From NCBI GenBank assembly GCA_964629675.1, contig CAZVUG010000011.1:1-51316 (forward strand): a stretch of DNA of 51,316 nt. Direction: 5' to 3'. Positions 46,802-51,316 of the stretch are shown piece after piece; position 1 is the first letter of the stretch; each line of letters begins with the position of its first letter. Below the pieces are notes generated by a model, which did no database searches, was not told the origin of the DNA, and worked only from the letters and a program-made list of their open reading frames with translations. The stretch is from an uncultured Candidatus Saccharibacteria bacterium. Its GTDB lineage: Bacteria > Patescibacteriota > Minisyncoccia > Portnoybacterales > UBA2143. The translations under genes and the position numbers were made by a program.

Positions 46802-47382
46802 GTCTTTTGGGTTTTTTCTATCCTGCGGACGTATTCTTTTTTCTCGGTATTGATTTCAATAACATCTCCTTGCTCAATAAAGAGGGGAACATTTATTTCC
46901 GCGCCAGTTTCCAAAACAACAATTTTATTTCCTGATTGGGCTCGGTTGCCTTTAATGCCAGGCGGAGCTTCAACTACTTCTAATTCTATTTTAATCGGTA
47001 AAGATATGCCGATTATTTTTTCTTTAAAGACCAAGGTTTCAACAATCTGATTAGCTTTTAAGAAATTAGCTATAGAGCCAATTTTTTCTTTGGAGATTTC
47101 AATTCGTTTTGAAGGATTTTCTATTTCAGAAAAAGTAAATTTATCTCTATGGGAAAAGATAAATTTTATTTTTGTTTTTAAAATTTCAGCCTGTTCAAAA
47201 ATATCGGAAGAATGAAAAGTTTTAGAGATTATTTTTTGAGTAATTAAGTTTTTTAATTTTACTTGCAAAACAGAACTGCCTCTTGCCTTAAACATAGGCG
47301 CTGCTTCAATTATTTCATAAGGTTCATCTCCGATAATAATTTGAACCCCTTTTCTTAGATCAGCATAAGTTATTGTTGTCAT
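46798..47382 (-). CDS. efp: Elongation factor P
   Basis: DLRKG..I...EPY, KLKNLIT, LPIKIELEV...PGIKG, LETGAEINVPLFIEQGD.I.INT....YVRR. ATG at 47382. Confidence 0.92.
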   Translation of the reverse strand: MTTITYADLRKGVQIIIGDEPYEIIEAAPMFKARGSSVLQVKLKNLITQKIISKTFHSSDIFEQAEILKTKIKFIFSHRDKFTFSEIENPSKRIEISKEKIGSIANFLKANQIVETLVFKEKIIGISLPIKIELEVVEAPPGIKGNRAQSGNKIVVLETGAEINVPLFIEQGDVIEINTEKKEYVRRIEKTQKT

Positions 47383-48277
47383 AAAAACCTTTTTTAAATT
47401 CTTCAGCAAGTAAAGGTTTCTTACCCTCTTGCTGAAGCTTATTAATTACAAGATAATCTTTTTTACATTTTAACGATACTTTATGAGGATTTTCTGATTC
47501 TGAAGCATAAGCTTCTAATATTTTTATTCTTATTTTTTTGCCTTTCTTCTTTAAGAAAAAGAAAGATCCAGGCCAAGGATTAAAAGCCCTAACTTGTCTT
47601 TCTATTTCTTGAGCTGACTTTGATAAGTCGATTTCTCCGTCTTCTTTTTTAATAATTTTTGTGAAACTAACCTTTGGTTCGTCTTGCTCTTTAGGTTGAA
47701 TTTCTTTATTTATGTATTTGGGAATTGTTGCGATTAATAGTTCGGCGCTTAATTCGGCCAAATCATTGCTTAATTCTTCAAAAATTATATTGTCTTTTAT
47801 TTGGTAATTTATATTTGAAACTATCTTACCATGATCCATTTCAGCGTCAATTAAAATTATTGTTACGCCAGTTTTTTTGTCTCCATTTAGAAGAGCTGTT
47901 TGGATAGGCGCTGGGCCTCTGTATTTGGGCAAAAGAGAAGGATGAATATTAAGAAATCCATACTTAGGGATGCTTAGTATATCCTTTGGAATAATCTGTT
48001 TGTAAGCCACCACGATCCCTAAGTCTGGCTTCAAGTCTTTAATTTTTGTATTTATGTCATTAATTTTGTTTGGTTGCAAGACAGGAATTTTATATTTCTG
48101 GGATAGAACTTTAGTTGCGGAAGGAGTGATGATCTTTTTTCTACCAACTGGCTTGTCTGGAGCAGTAATAACTAAAACAGGCCTATAGTTGTTTTTTATA
48201 AGTTTGTCTAAAACGATTGAACTGAATTCTGGGGTTCCTAAGAAAACAATTTTAATTTTTTTATAATTATTTAGCAT
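47360..48277 (-). CDS. fmt: Methionyl-tRNA formyltransferase (copy 2)
   Basis: IVFLGTPEFS, PDKPVGR, NIHPSLLPKYRGPAPIQ, RAFNPWPG. Confidence 0.95.
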   Translation of the reverse strand: MLNNYKKIKIVFLGTPEFSSIVLDKLIKNNYRPVLVITAPDKPVGRKKIITPSATKVLSQKYKIPVLQPNKINDINTKIKDLKPDLGIVVAYKQIIPKDILSIPKYGFLNIHPSLLPKYRGPAPIQTALLNGDKKTGVTIILIDAEMDHGKIVSNINYQIKDNIIFEELSNDLAELSAELLIATIPKYINKEIQPKEQDEPKVSFTKIIKKEDGEIDLSKSAQEIERQVRAFNPWPGSFFFLKKKGKKIRIKILEAYASESENPHKVSLKCKKDYLVINKLQQEGKKPLLAEEFKKGFYDNNNLC

Positions 48278-48308
48278 TGATCATTTATTAGCGATCAATA
48301 ATCAGCGC

Positions 48309-48986
48309 CTATTTAGTCGTGCGCCATTCAATTTCCTCTTTCTTGCCTGCGAATTCTAACCACTCTCCATATTGGTCAATCACATACCACTTTTTCTTAG
48401 TTTCTGACCAAACCATTTGATTGCCTTGAAAAAAGGGTTTTTTAACAATCTCTTTTGGTTTTAATTTGTCTATTTCAAGCCATTTTTTAAAAACAGTTTC
48501 AATCGCGTAATCAAGATTCCTTGATTGAGCCCATTTCGCGACTATATCAATCGCTTTTTTGGCTTTCTCTAAAGAACCGGCTAATTCTAAAACTTGTTTG
48601 GCTGGTTTAGTGTAACGCGAATAAATAATTTTTCTTTTTCTAGAATCTTTTTTAAGTTGTTCCAAAGAAAGTCCCTTGCTTTGAAAGTAGTAGGTAACAA
48701 TCTGACGGATAGCTGTTTCCTCTTTTAACTCTTTATAATATTTAATACTTCCTTTTTTAATATATTCTTCAATTTTTTGCGCGCTACTTTTGCCAATTCC
48801 AGGAATTTCTTGCAACCCTTTTAGCTTCTTTTCTTTATAGATTTCAGAAACATCCTTTTCTAGGTTATCTAAAATTTGAGCTGCTTTATGATAAGCCCGA
48901 ATTTTGAAAAAAGAAGCTCCTTTTAGATTTAGATACTCTTCAATTTCATAAAATATTTTAGAAAGTTTTTTATTTATGTTTGTCAT
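48309..48986 (-). CDS. PolX-type N-terminal helix-hairpin-helix domain fused to a conserved hypothetical domain
   Basis: N...KIF.EI..YL...FKIRAYHKAA...LQEIPGIGKSSAQKIEE; the C-terminal half is homologous to 22703-23140. Confidence 0.8.
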   Translation of the reverse strand: MTNINKKLSKIFYEIEEYLNLKGASFFKIRAYHKAAQILDNLEKDVSEIYKEKKLKGLQEIPGIGKSSAQKIEEYIKKGSIKYYKELKEETAIRQIVTYYFQSKGLSLEQLKKDSRKRKIIYSRYTKPAKQVLELAGSLEKAKKAIDIVAKWAQSRNLDYAIETVFKKWLEIDKLKPKEIVKKPFFQGNQMVWSETKKKWYVIDQYGEWLEFAGKKEEIEWRTTK

Positions 48987-49049
48987 TTTTGAAATTATTT
49001 TTCAACGCTTTAATCTTAACTTTTTTTATGATAGAATTCAATCAATAAT

Positions 49050-49625
49050 ATGAATCAGAAACATAGAATTTTTGTTGCGATAAATTTGCCCAAAAACATA
49101 AAAAAGAAATTAAGTGATTTTCAAGATGATTTCCGCGCAATGCCGATTAAATGGACGAATGTAAATAATCTGCATATCACTTTAGCGTTTTTGGGATATC
49201 TTGAAGATAAAGACCTTTTAGAGATTTCTAAAATTGTGAAACAAGTTGTTGCTAACCAAACGTTATTTCACATTACTTTAAATAAAACTTGTTATGGTCC
49301 TTTGAAGACAATGCCTCCGAAGATGGTTTGGGCGCAATTTGAAAATTCAGAGAACTTTAATTCTCTTAGGATTAATTTAAGTAATTTATTCTCAAATTCA
49401 GAGATTATCCGTTTTTCTTTAGATAGAAAAAAGTTTTCTCCGCATATTACATTGGGGAGAGTTAAAAAAATGGAATGGCGTCAGATTGAACCTGAAGACA
49501 GGCCAGAAATTGGACAAGATTTAAATTTAAAGTTCACGGTTGATTCTATTGAAATAATGGAAAGCAAGCTTAAAAGAAGCGGACCTGAATATTTTATCTT
49601 AGAATCGGTCAAATTTAAAGAATAA
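49050..49625 (+). CDS. thpR: RNA 2',3'-cyclic phosphodiesterase (2H family), copy 2
   Basis: RIFVAI, LHITLAFLG, FSPHITLGR. Confidence 0.93.
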   Translation: MNQKHRIFVAINLPKNIKKKLSDFQDDFRAMPIKWTNVNNLHITLAFLGYLEDKDLLEISKIVKQVVANQTLFHITLNKTCYGPLKTMPPKMVWAQFENSENFNSLRINLSNLFSNSEIIRFSLDRKKFSPHITLGRVKKMEWRQIEPEDRPEIGQDLNLKFTVDSIEIMESKLKRSGPEYFILESVKFKE

Positions 49626-49631
49626 AAATAA

Positions 49632-50960
49632 ATGAAAATACATTTTATTGGAATTGGAGGCATAGGCGTAAGCGCTTTAGCGCAATATTATTTGGAAAAA
49701 GGGGACACAGTTAGTGGTTCTGACTTGGTTTTGTCTGAAGTGACTGAATTTTTAAAGGGAAAAGGAGTTAGAATTATGATTGGCCAGCATCAAGCTAAAA
49801 ATTTACCGAGTGACGTAAGTTTAGTTATTTATAGTCCAGCGGTTAAAAGAGATAATCCTGAACTTTTCAAAGCGCGCGAGTTGCAGACTGCGAGTTATAA
49901 ATTAGAGATTAAAAGTTATCCAGAAGCTTTGGGCGAACTTACAAAAAAATACTTTACAATTGCAGTATCAGGCACTCATGGAAAAAGCACTACCAGCTCA
50001 ATGGCGACTTTAATTTTAATAAAAGCAGGGTTTGACCCTACGGTTGTTGTTGGAACTAAATTAAAAGAATTAGGCGGAACTAATTTTAGAATGGGTAAAA
50101 GCAAGTATCTCGTTATTGAGGCTGATGAATGGAACGCATCTTTTCTGAATTATTGGCCCAAAGTCATTGTTTTAACATCCATTGAAGAAGAACACCTTGA
50201 TTATTATAAAAACTTAAAACATATTTTAAAAACCTATCAAGAATATATTCGTCGTTTGCCCGAAGATGGAGTTTTAATTGCCAATCGAGACGATAAAAAT
50301 ATATTAAAATTAAAAGGACAAAACTCAAAATTAAGATTTAAAGCGCGCAATTACAGCTTAACGCAAAAAGACGCTAAAAAAATTGGACAAATTTTAAAGG
50401 TTCCCGGCAAACACAATGTCTTGAATGCTTTAGCCGCGTTAAATATTGCTAGAATTTTAAGAATTTCCGACCAGATAATTTTTAAAGCTTTGTCAGAATA
50501 CACTGGAATTTGGCGCAGATTTGAAGTGAAGAAAGCGCAAACTAACCATAAGGATTTTACTCTTATTAGCGATTACGCTCATCATCCTACTGAAATAGAA
50601 GCAACCTTAAGGGCTACAAAAACGAAATTTAAGAATAAAAGAATTTGGTGTGTTTTTCAGCCGCACCAGTTTCAAAGAACTTATTATCTATTCAATAACT
50701 TTGTTAGGGTGTTTAAAAGAAACCCGATTGAAAAATTAATTATAACCGATATATACGATGTGGCTGGTAGAGAAAAAAAGACAACTAAAAAACAGATTAG
50801 TTCCGAAAAATTGATTAAAAAAATTAATAAACCCCAAGCTATTTATTTGCCCAAGATAGAAATAACAAATTATTTGAAAGAAAACTTAGAGGGGGATGAA
50901 GTAGTTATTATTATGGGAGCAGGGGATATTTATAAAATAGCAAAAGATTTTTCTGTTTAA
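49632..50960 (+). CDS. murC: UDP-N-acetylmuramate--L-alanine ligase (copy 2)
   Basis: IHFIGIGGIGVS, SGTHGKSTT, EADE, RRFE, DYAHHPTEI, FQPH, MGAGDI. Confidence 0.95.
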   Translation: MKIHFIGIGGIGVSALAQYYLEKGDTVSGSDLVLSEVTEFLKGKGVRIMIGQHQAKNLPSDVSLVIYSPAVKRDNPELFKARELQTASYKLEIKSYPEALGELTKKYFTIAVSGTHGKSTTSSMATLILIKAGFDPTVVVGTKLKELGGTNFRMGKSKYLVIEADEWNASFLNYWPKVIVLTSIEEEHLDYYKNLKHILKTYQEYIRRLPEDGVLIANRDDKNILKLKGQNSKLRFKARNYSLTQKDAKKIGQILKVPGKHNVLNALAALNIARILRISDQIIFKALSEYTGIWRRFEVKKAQTNHKDFTLISDYAHHPTEIEATLRATKTKFKNKRIWCVFQPHQFQRTYYLFNNFVRVFKRNPIEKLIITDIYDVAGREKKTTKKQISSEKLIKKINKPQAIYLPKIEITNYLKENLEGDEVVIIMGAGDIYKIAKDFSV

Positions 50961-51010
50961 ATCGCCTGAGACTAATCTTGAACGCTTAAATGAGTTTTCC
51001 ACTTAATCGT

Positions 51011-51040
51011 TTGACAAAAGTTCAATAAAAAAGCCATAAT
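51011..51040 (+). promoter_or_regulatory. Sigma70-type promoter
   Basis: TTGACA (51011-51016), 18-nt spacer, CATAAT (51035-51040). Confidence 0.55.
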
Positions 51041-51085
51041 GAAGTAAGGTCGAAAGATCAAAAAATAATAAAATTTAAAAAATTT

Positions 51086-51268
51086 ATGTCATTAACAACA
51101 ATTATTTGGATAATTGCGATAATTTTAGTTGTTGGGGTAGCCTTTTACTTAATAAAATCTAAAAAAGACAATGGGAGCGGTTCTGTTGAGCCTCCAAGTT
51201 CTTCTATGCCTCCAACAACACCGTCTGAACCACCTATGTCTCCTCCAGAAGGACCTCCGGCAATGTAA
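51086..51268 (+). CDS. Small single-TM protein with Pro/Ser-rich tail
   Basis: MSLTTIIWIIAIILVVGVAFYLIKSKK plus a PPS/EPP tail; has its own promoter and terminator. Confidence 0.75.
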   Translation: MSLTTIIWIIAIILVVGVAFYLIKSKKDNGSGSVEPPSSSMPPTTPSEPPMSPPEGPPAM

Positions 51269-51287
51269 TTTTGTTTATGTAAAATAA

Positions 51288-51316
51288 AAAAACGCTCATC
51301 TTTGATGGGCGTTTTT
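51288..51316 (+). terminator. Rho-independent terminator
   Basis: AAAAACGCTCATC-TTT-GATGGGCGTTTTT hairpin ending in a T run. Confidence 0.75.

Noticed and set aside
1-51316. Alternative genetic code (TGA=Gly, code 25)
   Set aside because: Core genes are full length under code 11, and avd1, lysS and mreC end in TGA at the expected positions.

Overview
AT-rich bacterial window with a gene content and style typical of Patescibacteria/CPR (Parcubacteria-like; inferred). TGA is used as a stop, so this is standard code 11. Bases 1-4869 hold two diversity-generating retroelements (DGRs) back to back. DGR1 is target 3' end/VR1, avd, TR1, then an antisense RT. DGR2 is target/VR2, TR2, avd, RT. Manual alignment shows TR-to-VR differences almost only at TR adenines (19 of 21 and 17 of 18). 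The two TRs differ in sequence but sit behind the same predicted folded RNA leader, supported by covarying helices. One leader segment is complementary to the 3' flank of both its own TR and its own VR. Both VRs are followed by 8-nt-periodic T-rich repeats rather than a GC hairpin. Downstream are a secreted LamG-type protein, an O-antigen-ligase/TPR protein and core genes (rpoB, rpoC, ftsK, recA, rpsR-ssb-rpsF, fmt-def, murC, mreC-mreD-mrdA, greA, lysS, serS, GT-C glycosyltransferases, a membrane-anchored Clp ATPase, dnaX, tRNA-Gln). After the tRNA there is a possible 6S-like RNA and a diverged second copy of greA and of the fmt/hypothetical/thpR/murC/small-protein block, which suggests either a chimeric assembly or an old duplication/transfer.
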